A stretch of 63,083 bases of DNA, the filler included, from Octopus bimaculoides (Eukaryota), in NCBI RefSeq assembly GCF_001194135.2. It is 6 parts of 5 records of this genome, joined end to end, with 100 filler letters (N's around TTAATTAATTAA, not from the genome) between each part and the next. Parts side by side here need not be neighbours in the genome. Positions count along the whole stretch, not along the records: positions 47,999 to 56,568 come from NC_068987.1; positions 56,669 to 63,083 come from NC_068983.1; 4 more parts are not named here. One strand, written 5' to 3'. Positions 50,712-62,658 of the stretch are shown one piece after another. The number at the start of each line of letters is the position of its first letter. Position 1 is the first letter of the stretch. Both the position numbers and the translations under genes were made by a program. A model generated the notes under the pieces. The model was not told the DNA's origin. It saw nothing but the letters and a program-made list of their open reading frames with translations, and made no database searches.

Positions 50712-50862
50712 CAGGCATGGGCAACCTTTTTCGAGAAGCGGGCTGCGTGGGACATGGCACACCGTTAGGTAGGCTATACTATTATAAACTTTCGAGGTAA
50801 TTTTTCATTCAAGTGTGCGGTTCGGGTTCGAAAGTCCCACGGGCTGCAGTTTGTCCATGATT
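50712..50862. mobile_element. Small hAT-like non-autonomous element
   Basis: CAGGCATGGGCAACC ... GGGCTGCAGTTTGTCCATGATTG imperfect TIRs of the CAG..TGGGCAA.C Charlie type; no 8-bp TSD evident. Confidence 0.5.
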
Positions 50863-51053
50863 GGAATAAAGATTCCTTTCTCTTGTCAAGGCCACAAACG
50901 TTGGTGTGTTTTAGCATGAGGTTGAACAGACCAGCAATTAATGGCGTTCCAACAAAGACCATCCTACCTTATTCTTTTCAAATTTAGTCTTATGACTACA
51001 CTCTTAAGAGAGTAAGGTTTGATTTGAAAGAGGCAGAGAAAGGGAAAGAAAGA

Positions 51054-51145
<92 letters not shown>

Positions 51146-51394
51146 TTATTATATTATTTCTTGCAACCTTAACAATTTAGAGGATTCACCCTTTGAAAAA
51201 AAAAAAGAAAGAAAGAAGATTGTGGGATATTAATATAAGCCAAATGAAAGTGGTTTCGAAACTATGGCAGATTCAGCTTATCCATGGGTATTTTCCCCTC
51301 GTTCTCTGGGGGTGGCTCTACGCAGTTGTTCGCCGTACTAGATACAGTACCCAAAATCTCTGACAAATGACATCTTAATTAAAAGAGCAAACTG

Positions 51395-51468
51395 CGGACA
51401 CGGATGGACACGAACGGACACGGATGGACACGAACGGATATGGATGGACACAGCCGGATACGGATGGA
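51395..51468. repeat. 20-bp tandem repeat, about 3.7 copies
   Basis: CGGACACGGATGGACACGAA unit with decay in the later copies. Confidence 0.9.
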
Positions 51469-51539
51469 ATAACTTTGTGTATAGGCTTATTCAGTCACAG
51501 CGGACATAGGACTAAACAACACCACTCACTACCAGACAG

Positions 51540-51775
51540 CGAGTCAGCGAGGGAGTAGTTGCCTAGTCATTCCACATGCTAAAAATAGCAGCTAAATCTC
51601 TCTTAAATCACATATTACCGTCTTGAAAAAAAAAAAACGGACGCATTGGATAATGTGGTCCCGGTTTCCTGCTACAAGAAACAGCAGGATGGTCATGGTT
51701 GGAGTACCTATGATCATAGGACTACATGAACAGGACTAACCTGGGGGTAAACATCAATAACAATTATAATTGTTT
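51540..51775 (+). mobile_element. SINE 3' segment (family C alternative tail)
   Basis: CTAAAAATAGCAGCTAAATCTCTC..GGATGGTCATGG..GATCATAGG..CCTGGGGGTAAACATCAATAAC; a short homologue lies at about 7355-7400. Confidence 0.65.
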
Positions 51776-51779
51776 GTAA

Positions 51780-51940
51780 CATAGGCACAATGCTTGCAAT
51801 GTGTACAGAGGTAGAAATGAAGTCGGTTGAATCGACCCCGGTACTTGGTGGGTACTTTAATCTATCGACCTCGAAAGGAGGAAAAGCAATGTTTTTTCAT
51901 CGGTGGGATTTGAACTCAGAACATAGACGAACGCATCTAA
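51780..51940 (-). mobile_element. SINE family B
   Basis: TAGGCACAA..ATCGACCCCGGTACTTGG..CGACCTCGAAAGGA..GGGATTTGAACTCAGAAC. Confidence 0.75.
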
Positions 51941-52008
51941 CTACCAGACAAAAAAAAAAAGTTCGACGTCAATGAGCATGCGAACCCACCATCCTCAACA
52001 ATAACGTC

Positions 52009-52341
52009 GTCGTTGGCACTCCGTCGCTTACGACGACGAGGGTTCCAGTTGATCCGATCAACGGAACAGCCTGCTCGTGAAATTAACGTGCAAGTGGCTG
52101 AGCACTCCACAGACACGTATACCTTTAACATAGTTCTCGGGGATATTCAGCGTGACACAGTGTGACAAGGCTGACCCTTTGAATTACAGGCACAACAGAA
52201 ACAGGAAGAAAGAGTGAGAGAAAGTTGTGGTGGAAGAATACAGCAGGGTTTGCCACCGTCCCCTGCCGGAGCCTCGTGGAGCTTTAGGTGTTTTCGCTCA
52301 ATAAACACTCACAACGCCCGGTCTGGTAATCGAAACCGCGA
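52009..52341 (-). mobile_element. SINE family C, near complete, head runs into gap
   Basis: Minus strand GGATCGCGGTTTCGATTACCAGACCGGGCG (B box)..GGAGTGCCAACGAC. Confidence 0.9.
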
Positions 52342-52399
52342 TCCTATAGCAACGAGTCCGCNNNNNNNNNNNNNNNNNNNNNNNNNNNNNNNNNNNNNN

Positions 52400-52735
52400 N
52401 NNNNNNNNNNNNNNNNNNNTTTGGCACAAAGCTAGCAATTTTGAGGGGGAGGGCTCCAGTCGATGATATCGACCCCTACCCCAATACTTGATAAATACTT
52501 CATTTTATCGACCCAAAAGGATTGAAAGACAACGTGGACTTCCGCGGGATCTGAACTCAGAACGTCATAACTGAATGGCGTTAAGAACACAAAACGAATC
52601 GAGCAGTCAATTAGATCGACTCCAGTACTTGTCGGGTATTTTTTTTTTTTTATCGAGCAAAGTTGACTTGGCAAGATTTGATCTCCGGGTGTTAAGAACC
52701 AGAATAAGTACCGCAAGGCATTTTGTCCGACACCC
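52400..52735 (-). mobile_element. Two adjacent SINE family B fragments
   Basis: Repeated ATCGAC..AGTACT..GATCTGAACTCAGAAC / GATTTGATCTCCGG segments. Confidence 0.7.
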
Positions 52736-53469
52736 TCACATTTCTGCTGATAATGATAACCATAAGTAACTTCCTTAGTTTTTCTCTATTCGGTAATACT
52801 CAAGTGCCTCTCTTTACCTTACCCTGCTATGATTACTACTACTTCCACCACCAACGTACCAGCCATTCTTTGTTGTTCTTCCTCTCTCTCTCTCCCCCTC
52901 TTTCTATCTCTGTTTCTCTCTCTCTGCTACTGCTATGATTAAACAGTTGCTTGGTACGTCAAACTAGTTGCTCGCTAAGCATCAACAGTTTATATATATA
53001 TATATTTATATATATGTACATATAAATATATGTATATAGATATATATATATAGTTTATATGTATACATATGTTTTTGTGTTTTGTCTGTTAGTTGCACTG
53101 GTGTGTTGTTTCTAATCGAGTCGAGTGATACAAATCGAGTCGTAACTATTTGCAAGAATAGTGGAATAACAACAACAACAAGACTAACAACAGTTACAAT
53201 TACCATCAATTGATAATTAAAAAAGTATTGTGGAAAAAAATTTTCCAACAAATTATTTTATATCTGACGGAGGAGATATATACGTCTATATAAATCCAAG
53301 TCTGAAATATCGAACAACACTTTCGAAGGGAGGGAAAACGTAACAACTATATTGTCACTTGTTATAAAGTTATTTCACGAATTTGAGGGAATTTAACATA
53401 TCTAGTTGAAAGAGAAAATACTTTACGAAATAGAATCAAAATAATATATAACTAAAAGAAAGAAAAAAA

Positions 53470-53593
53470 GATACAGTCATCTTCGCCGTCAGCGGATTTT
53501 GCTTATTTTCTTTTACTTGATATATTTACCACCGGCAATACAAGTTACCTTTCTCTTTCTACAAACAAACAACTCGAGACTTAACTATGGCAG
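53470..53593 (+). other. Candidate first exon ending ATG GCA G|GTAAGT
   Basis: Consensus donor CAG|GTAAGT at 53594 directly after ATG (53587); unique, CpG-containing context; no downstream exon identified. Confidence 0.25.
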
Positions 53594-53826
53594 GTAAGTG
53601 AATAATATGACCTACAAATCTGTTCACTCTAACAAAATACACGACCATAAACACTTACAACAGTAAGACACACACACACACACACGTACATATGCGTCCC
53701 ATTATGTGTGTATATGTATAATATATGTATTGGTACACCGCGGTATGTACGGCTCATTTATTACGACGTGAAGGTAAACTTAGATCTTAGCCTAAAGCAA
53801 ATATATAATATTATTTAATGTCAGAG

Positions 53827-53877
<51 letters not shown>

Positions 53878-53879
53878 TG

Positions 53880-53972
53880 ATGTGTGTAAATAAACATGGA
53901 AAATTAGATATGTAGAGAAATAATGCGCCAAAGTGTACGGGCCGTACATTCGTTTGCTCATGCCTCTAGTAT
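53880..53972 (-). mobile_element. Possible mariner-like terminal fragment
   Basis: Minus strand TACTAGAGGCATGAGCAAACGAATGTACGGCCCGTACAC next to a TA run resembles a TACGAGGG-type mariner end. Confidence 0.3.
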
Positions 53973-54495
53973 ACATATACACACACTCATTCACACCTAC
54001 ATACATACACTCACACGTTATATAAATTATAACTGCTTGAGTTGACAGTTCATTTGGGGTTTCGCATGCGATCATCGATATTTTTGTCCCAGATTTCTCA
54101 ACCCCTTTTACACATATACCCTTACTTTTTTTTTACATATTTAAGATTTCATCATATATTCACTTTAATTTATTCACTACAGTTCTTGTGGTTATTGTTG
54201 TTCAATTGGTTTTATTTATTTATTTATTTGCATTTTTTGGGGGTTCATTTTTGGTTTGATATTGTTATTTTATTTTCCATTCATTATTTGTTATTCTGAT
54301 TATTATTGTCTATATTATTTTCTTATTCACATCTGCACTGGAATTTATTTTAAAGTGTAGCTTTTGTTTATATTTTGCTTTTGATCTGGTAAATTTTCAT
54401 TTGTGCTACACTTTCTCTCTTCTTTCTATCACACTTTCATATCCATGTTTACGTGTGTGTTGTAACCAGCATGTTTTCAGCCTCCTGGCTGAAAG

Positions 54496-54555
<60 letters not shown>

Positions 54556-56418
54556 GAAATTGCGTGTATATAAATATAGAAAGCATAGACTGTAGTGTAT
54601 TTATATAAACATACACACACACACATATATATTATAGTGTGTATGTATAGAGTGGCACATACTATAGTGTTTGTATAAAGTATATAAGACAAACACACTG
54701 TGATTGAGAAATTAGAATCTCTTCTTCTGTCTTATTAATTAGATTCTTTCATTAGCTATTTCTTAGAGTGTTTCGTGCTCTTTTACTACAACAATACTGT
54801 ACTCTCATTAACACATTCCTTTCTCTACTCTCTGGTGTTGTGTTACGGTCGATTTCTACCTCATTTGGTTCAACTGGTAGAGTGGTGGACAAAACTATCG
54901 AGGTAGTTAGTCTGTAGGTATGCTCCTTTACACCGTCAGTTCAAATCCTGCCCAGGATTGATTTTTGTTTGTTTTACTTCTTCAATTGATATGTGCCAGC
55001 TAAATACATGGATCGATCTAATAGGTTACACGAGTTTTGTTCAAAATGTTTAGTCTAAATCAGAAACCATTATTTCTAATTTACATGGACGCAATTTTGC
55101 AATAGTTGCCTATCGAAGTCCCATACCTCATGGTAAAGAGAAAGGGTAACTCTTCCACTCACTCATTCAATTTTTAGTATTCCTGTGTTTCATTCAAGGG
55201 AAATTATGATTCTGAACAATATTTTTTTTTGCAAAATTTGAAATTTTTTTAGTGAACATTTTTTGCCCTTCACCTCTGTACCTTTTTTCCTTTCCAATGA
55301 AGTGTGGGACTTCGAAGTATAGCTATTTCAAAGCTCCGCCGAAAAGGCATCACCAGCGCCAATTAAAGAGATTATTAACAATGCTATTTACTTGGGGCAT
55401 TCCCCCATACTATGTATTATTTTTATTAAAAAAAAAAATACTGATTTACACAAAACAATCTATATTATAAGGCATAGTAATGTGTATGTGTGCGTTACAT
55501 CTAATTGTCTTATACGCATATATCAATAAAAACAATGTTCCGCATTCAGCGAGTTGTGTGAAACATGATGATACTGTCATATTTTTACCTATATCATTAC
55601 TAAGAGATTCCAGCTAGCTATCCATGCTAGTGCCCGTCACAGTTAACCTACCCGTCTACACGCCTACAATTTGATCCCTTTCCACAATGAAACCCGATCT
55701 TGTTTTTGTTCATTGTGTTCGCCTTTTAAACTATTTTGCTTATATTTGTGTCCATCATTCTTCCCTTATATCTTTTAAGTTGTGGTTCATGTTCTCCTTT
55801 ATTGGTCTTCATCGTCGTATTTGTCGGTTGCTATTTTTATATATCCAACGCAATTGTTTATTTAATGTGCATCATTTTTTGTAACAAGAACATACGTTAA
55901 TTTTCATACAGAACCATGCGTAGAAACAAATCTATCTATCCACACACGCACACACACACACACACACATAAGGTTTATTTCACTATCTGCTTCTCCAGTG
56001 AGGTAAAGGAAAAGTAGACGATAAATCTTTTCATCTACCGTTTTCCAAGAGTTCTTGCCATCTCACACTCTACCCCATTCTGGATTAATCTACTAATTCA
56101 CCAAAAACCACACACACACAAACACATTCACGCGCACACGCGACCGATTTCAAATGCTTTATTGTTATTTATAAACATCTTTTCAGTAACAGTTTTTGTC
56201 TTTCTATTCGTTCAACGGAATATACACACACGTACCTGCGTGTATATTTTTGAATGAATACTCGCTCAGATACGAGAGTGTTCGTTTAACACGCATGCAC
56301 ACACACACACACACACACAGACGTCTGTGTGTATACATATGTGTTTGTATGTAAATGTAAATATGTGTATCTATTTGTGTACGTATGTGTATATATGTAC
56401 ATATGTAATGTACAAATG

Positions 56419-56450
<32 letters not shown>

Positions 56451-56484
56451 CTATGTATGTATATATATATATTTACTATGTATG

Positions 56485-56526
<42 letters not shown>

Positions 56527-56747
56527 CTATGTATGTATATATATGTATTTACTATGTATGTATATATANNNNNNNNNNNNNNNNNNNNNNNNNNNNNNNN
56601 NNNNNNNNNNNNTTAATTAATTAANNNNNNNNNNNNNNNNNNNNNNNNNNNNNNNNNNNNNNNNNNNNAGCTCAATTTAATTTTAATTTTTTATAAATTG
56701 CTTTTAATTGAGTTTTTACTTGTAATTTTGGATTTTGTCCCTAATAT

Positions 56748-56791
<44 letters not shown>

Positions 56792-57214
56792 CTAAGCATT
56801 ATACCAACAGAAACAATGAAGAGGTCACCATAAGAAAGTAGCATTTACCAAATCAGTGAACAAACCTCACTGTATAACAGTAGTACCTGGCCACCTGGTG
56901 AGCTTAGAATTTATTGAAGATAGTCTTGCCTTAAATGAAATCAAACAAAAGAATGTACTACCAATCCTTAGCATCTGTTGAATGAATAGCAAAATAAATC
57001 TAACACCACCACATACATCTCCATCCCCCATATAAGTGCCATTCCTTCCTCTGTTTCCATTACCTTACCCTCTTTCCCACCAAATACACACAGAAATACC
57101 CACCTATATCACTTGACCTTCAGAAAACAGCTCTCTTTGGTTCATCCACTGTTATATTGTCTGAAGAAACGAATCGTCTCAGGAATACAGACTGTTATCT
57201 TAAAAGTCATGTGA

Positions 57215-57400
57215 TCCACCCTCACTTGACAACCAATGTTGGTGTGTTTACATCCCTGTAACTTAGCAGTTCGGCAAAAGAACCAATAGAATAAGTACTA
57301 AGGTTACAAAGAATTAATACTAGAGTCGATTCTTTCCACTAGAAACCCTTTAAGGCAAGCATGACCATAGTCAAATGACTGAAACAAGGAAAAGAAAATA
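57215..57400 (+). mobile_element. SINE family A tail, CpG-decayed
   Basis: CACTTGACAACCAATGTTGGTGTGTTTACATCCCTGTAACTTAGCAGTTCGGCAAAAG..GACTGAAACAAGG. Confidence 0.85.
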
Positions 57401-58047
57401 ACTAATCTTTATCTTTACATTTGCGTGTGTAGTATGTATGTATGTATATATATATGTGCATATGTATGTACATGCATGTGTGTGCTATGTACTTGTATAT
57501 GTCTGTGCATGTGTGTGTACTTGTATATGAAAATACACATGCATAAATTTGTTTGTCCTCCTGGGTCAGTACATATGTGTGATTTTGTATATATACCCAT
57601 TTTGTGTTATATACTCATATATATATATATATATATATATGCATGTATATAAATGTTATATATACATATATATCTAAATGCTTGTGTGTATGTGTGTGTA
57701 CCTCTCCCCACCCCCCATTCATTGGTGCTATATGTGCTGCTTCTGATTTCTATCTAAATATAAGAATTTCTAATAGGAAATTCTTTACATGTCTGACATG
57801 TAAAACTTTCTAATTTCTATTAGCAAATAAAACACATGTTATAGTGAATAAATAATACCAAAAATTTCCTGTTTGGTTATACAGTAACTCTGCAAATGAT
57901 ATTTTCCAAATTCTCAATTTTTATAAGTATTTTCAAGTATTATGCAGCAGCAACTGAGACTACATATTGGATATGTAGTAATGGATAATGAATAATGGAG
58001 TAAGCAGATATGCTTCAAGAGGAAACAGCTGGGATTTATATACGCAT

Positions 58048-58180
58048 ACATCATCATCATCATCGTTTAACATCTGCTTTCCATGCTAGCATGGGTTGGA
58101 CGATTTGACTGAGGACTGGCGAACCAGATGGCTACACCAGGCTCCAACCTGATCTGGCAGAGTTTCTACAGTTGGATTTA
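58048..58180 (-). mobile_element. Repeat family D 3' end
   Basis: CATCATCATCGTTTAACATCTGCTTTCCATGCTAGCATGGGTTGGACG..GGCAGAGTTTCTACAG. Confidence 0.85.
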
Positions 58181-59671
58181 GGAAGGGCATCCAGCTGTAG
58201 AACAACAGTCAGCATACAGAGAGTTAGAGCTTTGAACAACAGTCAGCATACAGAGTAAACAGTTGACAAAGACAAACATTAAGGGCCGTTAAGCCAAGAC
58301 ACATTGTAATGGATGACATCTGGGAGAAATTTTGAAAGGATAAAGAATAGATAGAAGAGAAGAAAATAGTAGAAGGGAAAAGAATGTCAGGAGGTGAGAA
58401 AAATGATGTCTAGCTAAGTAGTTGCTGCATCTAGAAAAGACAGAGGTGAGAGAAATGGCCTGTAGTTATGTGGGAGCAAACAGGCAGAGAAACAAGAGAG
58501 AGGATGAGGGAAAGAAACAAAAGGAGTGAGGAGAAGTGAGAAAGAATGAAAGATAGTAGGGAGTGGAAGACAGGGGACAGCAAAGAAGGAGGGGGGGAAA
58601 TGGAAAATAAAGAGGATTATAGAGGGATAGAGAGAAAGAAAAAAAGAAAGGGAACAGAGAGCAGTGTCACAGAAATTATAAATAAAAGTAAAAGCCTATT
58701 GTGGACAAGGCTGTGTGGCAGTTGATTATAAATAAATATAAAATACATCAAGTACAGGACATCACCAATGAGTGAAAAATATGTAAACACACGAGAAATA
58801 AGTACAGGACAAAATACCAAAAAGTATACGATAAGAACAGAATAAACTTGGCGTTGTATAAACCTTGCATTGAGGGTTATCTGGAGATGTTTTTCATATT
58901 GTTGAATGAATAGCTGTACTTTCTGTTCTTTTATAGTAATATGGTTATCAGAAGTAGGTCAGTCATTAATTGTGTCCCTACCCTTTTACTTTCTGAAAAG
59001 CATAAAAGCTGTTCAACTGCCTGAATGATCATTTCTGAACCCTTTACTCCATTGAATATTGAAGTAAATGGTTCTACTTAATGTGCCACTCATATTTTGC
59101 GATACTGTAATATAATAAATTTTTTTTAATGAATTAGTGTGCTATATAAACTTTTATTATAGTGCTATGTTAAAGTAAATTTGATTGGTTATTACAATTC
59201 AAATTAGAGTTTACTTTACAGTGCTATTTTATAGGAACTTCAGACATACTATGTATAGTAAGTCCTGCATCAAAGTTTGAAATTTGACTTTTTTTATTAA
59301 AATTATTTTGTGCTTCTCTTTAGAGGTACAATGCAATGATATTAAGTTCAACCATTTTGGTCTCCCACAAAATCAATATATATCAGTATATACCTGCTTG
59401 AATATTAACATAAAGCAGATAATATATATATATATGGGTGTGTGTAAATGAATAGAAAATGGAGATGTATAACAATTAGCAATTCAAAAATTTTAATTTA
59501 AAATTTATCAGCATAATAGTATATCATATCATATACTTATAACAATACAATATAATAAGCAATAAATATTAAATATAAATTACATACAAATGTTTCAATT
59601 CTTGGCCATAATAAAATTATAAAAATTCATTGTTTCTTGGCCAAGAGTCTCCTCTGTGTAATTTCTTTGAG

Positions 59672-60141
59672 GCAAGTGAAATTGAACTAAATTCGACGAC
59701 TGGCACCTGTGCCAACATCGTCTCCTTTATTGAACACGAAATTCAGCTTGCGAAGACTTTTGGGGGCAAGCGAATAGCGAAATTGGGATAGCACCTGTGC
59801 CCAGCGTTGCCTTCCTGGCACTTGTGCCTGTGACATGTGTAAGGATTTTCGAGCGAGATCGTTGCCAGTGCCCCTGGACTGGCTCTTATGCGGGTGGCAC
59901 ATAAAATACACCATTTTGAGCGTGGTTGTTGCTAGTACCGCCTGACTGGCCTTCGTGCGGGTGACATGTAAAAGCACCCACTACACTCTCTGAGTGGTTG
60001 GCGTTAGGAAGAGCATCCAGCTGTAGAAACTCTGCCAAATCAGATTGGAGGCTGGTGTTGCCATCAGGTTTCACCAGTCCTCAGTCAAATCGTCCAACCC
60101 ATGCTAGCATGGAAAGCAGACGTTAAACAATGATGATGATT
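59672..60141 (+). mobile_element. Repeat family D, long copy
   Basis: Ends TTGGCGTTAGGAAGAGCATCCAGCTGTAGAAAC..CCAACCCATGCTAGCATGGAAAGCAGACGTTAAACAATGATGATGAT. Confidence 0.85.
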
Positions 60142-60464
60142 AGGATTCATAATTTTATTATGGCCAAGAATTGAAACATTTGTATGTGATTTATATTTAA
60201 CTAGCTGGACCTGTAAAAATTCACAGAAAGCATAAAAAATGTGAGCATCTGTAAATTGTGTGCTGGTGCCATGAGTAATGTTTCTATATTGTGACACTTA
60301 CAGAATATTGAAAGGAGTGTAAAACTGATAGTTTTATAATCCAACCAAAATATCTCAGTTACGCAAACGTAAACAGAATTACTATTTAGCCTTAAAATAC
60401 ATCATACATATTCAAAGAACCTTCTTGGTTTAGTGGTATGTAACATTCTTCTGTTATTCTTTTA

Positions 60465-60689
60465 TTTTTTTTATTCTTTTACTTGTTTCAGTAGCCCTTT
60501 AATCAAAGAAATTGACCCCTGGACTTATTCCTTGTAAGCCTGGTGCTTATTCTATCAGTCTCTTCTGCCAAACAGCTAAGTTACGGGGATGCAAGCACAC
60601 CAACATCAGTTGTCAAGCAATGGTGGTGGTGGTGGTGGTGGTGGTGGTGGGACAAACACATACACATAAATATAAACATACATATATAT
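60465..60689 (-). mobile_element. SINE family A tail
   Basis: ATTCTTTTACTTGTTTCAGT..GACTTATTCCTTGTAAGCC..GTTGTCAAGCAATGGTGG..GGACAAACAC. Confidence 0.85.
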
Positions 60690-61534
60690 NNNNNNNNNNN
60701 NNNNNNNNNNNNNNNNNNNNNNNNNNNNNNNNNNNNNNNNNNNNNNNNNNNNNNNNNNNNNNNNNNNNNNNNNNNNNNNNNNNNNNNNNNNNNNNNNNNN
60801 NNNNNNNNNNNNNNNNNNNNNNNNNNNNNNNNNNNNNNNNNNNNNNNNNNNNNNNNNNNNNNNNNNNNNNNNNNNNNNNNNNNNNNNNNNNNNNNNNNNN
60901 NNNNNNNNNNNNNNNNNNNNNNNNNNNNNNNNNNNNNNNNNNNNNNNNNNNNNNNNNNNNNNNNNNNNNNNNNNNNNNNNNNNNNNNNNNNNNNNNNNTA
61001 GAGAAAATGTTAAGTTAAACATGCTTAAAAAAAGAATGGTCTTACTCCTACAACTAAAAGGCATGAAGAACTATCAAACAAGGCAAATAAGTACTGGGGG
61101 TGGGGGAAAGAAGAGAGAACTAACACTCAATCCTTCTAGAACTCCCAGAATGAAAACATAAACACCCAAAAGACTTTCCCTGTATTCATTACTAAATGTC
61201 TTTCCTTCTTCTTCATTGTTAAAAGTAAGGATCTATTGTATTTCAGTCTAATTGTCATTTTAAATGACTGGAGCTTTCCTTTCTCTATCTCTGTCGCTTC
61301 ACTCCTTTTCTCTATGGTTAAGAGAGTGATGGTGCGTGGCTCAGTGGTTAGTAGTATTCGGCCCATGATCGTATTTTCAATGGCTTTATCATATATTGCC
61401 CAAAATGAAAAATTTTCCATTTTCTCTATGAGAATGGTTTCATTCTCTTGCACTGTTATTTCACTATTATTCTCTATCTTCCCTCTCTCTCCTCAATGTC
61501 TTCTTACTGTCCTCCTGCATTTACTTTAGTTGAA

Positions 61535-61765
61535 GAATTTGACCCCTGGACTTATTCCTTGTAAGCCTGGTGCTTATTCTATCATTGTCTTCTGCAGAAC
61601 CGCTAAGTTATGGGTAAGCAAACACACCAACATCGGTTGTCAAGTTATGGTGGTGGGAAGACAAACACACACATCTGTATATATATAAATGACAGGCTTC
61701 TTTCAGTTTCCGTCTAGGAAATCCACTCACAAGGCTTTGGTTGGTCAGAGGCTATAATAGAAGAA
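61535..61765 (-). mobile_element. SINE family A, both ends truncated
   Basis: GACCCCTGGACTTATTCC..GGCTTCTTTCAGTTTCCGTCT..AAATCCACTCACAAGGCTTTGG..GCTATAATAGAAGA. Confidence 0.85.
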
Positions 61766-61874
61766 TTGAATTTTGTGTAGAGAAACTGTTAAATGTGCTT
61801 GAAAAAAAAAACTTAGTCTTTCCCCCCAACTAAAAGACATGGAGAACTTTCTTCCAATCACTTGAAGGTTTATC

Positions 61875-62025
61875 TTGCTCCAGTCCACTCAACTAGCCAA
61901 AATGAGTTGTAGCTGTGATTCAAAGGGGCCAGCCATGTCACATTGTATGTGAGGTTGAATCTTCCAGAGAACTACATTAATGGTATGCGTGTCTGTGGAG
62001 TACTCAGCCACTTGCGCATTAATTT
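61875..62025 (+). mobile_element. SINE family C central part, CpG-decayed
   Basis: CTCCAGTCCACTCAAC..TTCAAAGGGGCCAGCC..GTGTCTGTGGAGTACTCAGCCACTTG. Confidence 0.8.
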
Positions 62026-62116
62026 TATCCTGGTGTAGTAATGAAAAGTGAAAATATTGTTATTATTTGTCTTTGATTTAACAATGTGCCTATGTATCTA
62101 CTTTTCTTTAGATCTG

Positions 62117-62385
62117 TGTATCTACTTTTCCTTCAATGTATGTATCAGTCTACTCTGAAAATACTGATAAACATTTAAATACAAAAAAAGAAACACCACC
62201 TCCCTTTTAGTCACCATTCACTGTCTCTCTCTTCCTCTCTCCCACTTTTAATTTAGCTGTGTGTATGTATCTACTTCTCATTCAATGTATTAGTCTACTT
62301 TGAAAATACTGATAAATATTTAAAAACAGAAAACAAATGCCACCTCCCTTTCAGCCACCACTCACTGTCTTTCTCCCTGTCCCTT
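62117..62385. repeat. Diverged tandem duplication, period about 145 bp
   Basis: GTATCTACTT..AGTCTACT(C/T)TGAAAATACTGATAAA..CCACCTCCCTTT..CACTGTCT occurs twice. Confidence 0.85.
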
Positions 62386-62658
62386 CCCTTTCTCACTGTC
62401 CCTTCCCTCTGTCACTGTCCCTCCCTTCTCCTTAACACTTTTATTTCTCTTTCACTGCCTGTCTTTCTCTCTCACTTTCTCTCTGTCCCTCCCCTCTCTC
62501 CTGGTTTGCCACTCACTTCAACTATACCTCCTTTGCTTAACACATTTTATTTCTCTTTTTCTTTGTACCTCTTCCTTTGAATTGTGACACATACCACAGG
62601 TACGTACACAAACAAAAAAAAAACTTAGTGTATTAATATTATTGATATTTATTGCTTA

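Noticed and set aside
61136-61453. 105-aa minus-strand ORF
   Set aside because: Contains a 45-bp SINE head fragment (61327-61373) in antisense and purine-skewed flanks; no recognisable domain.
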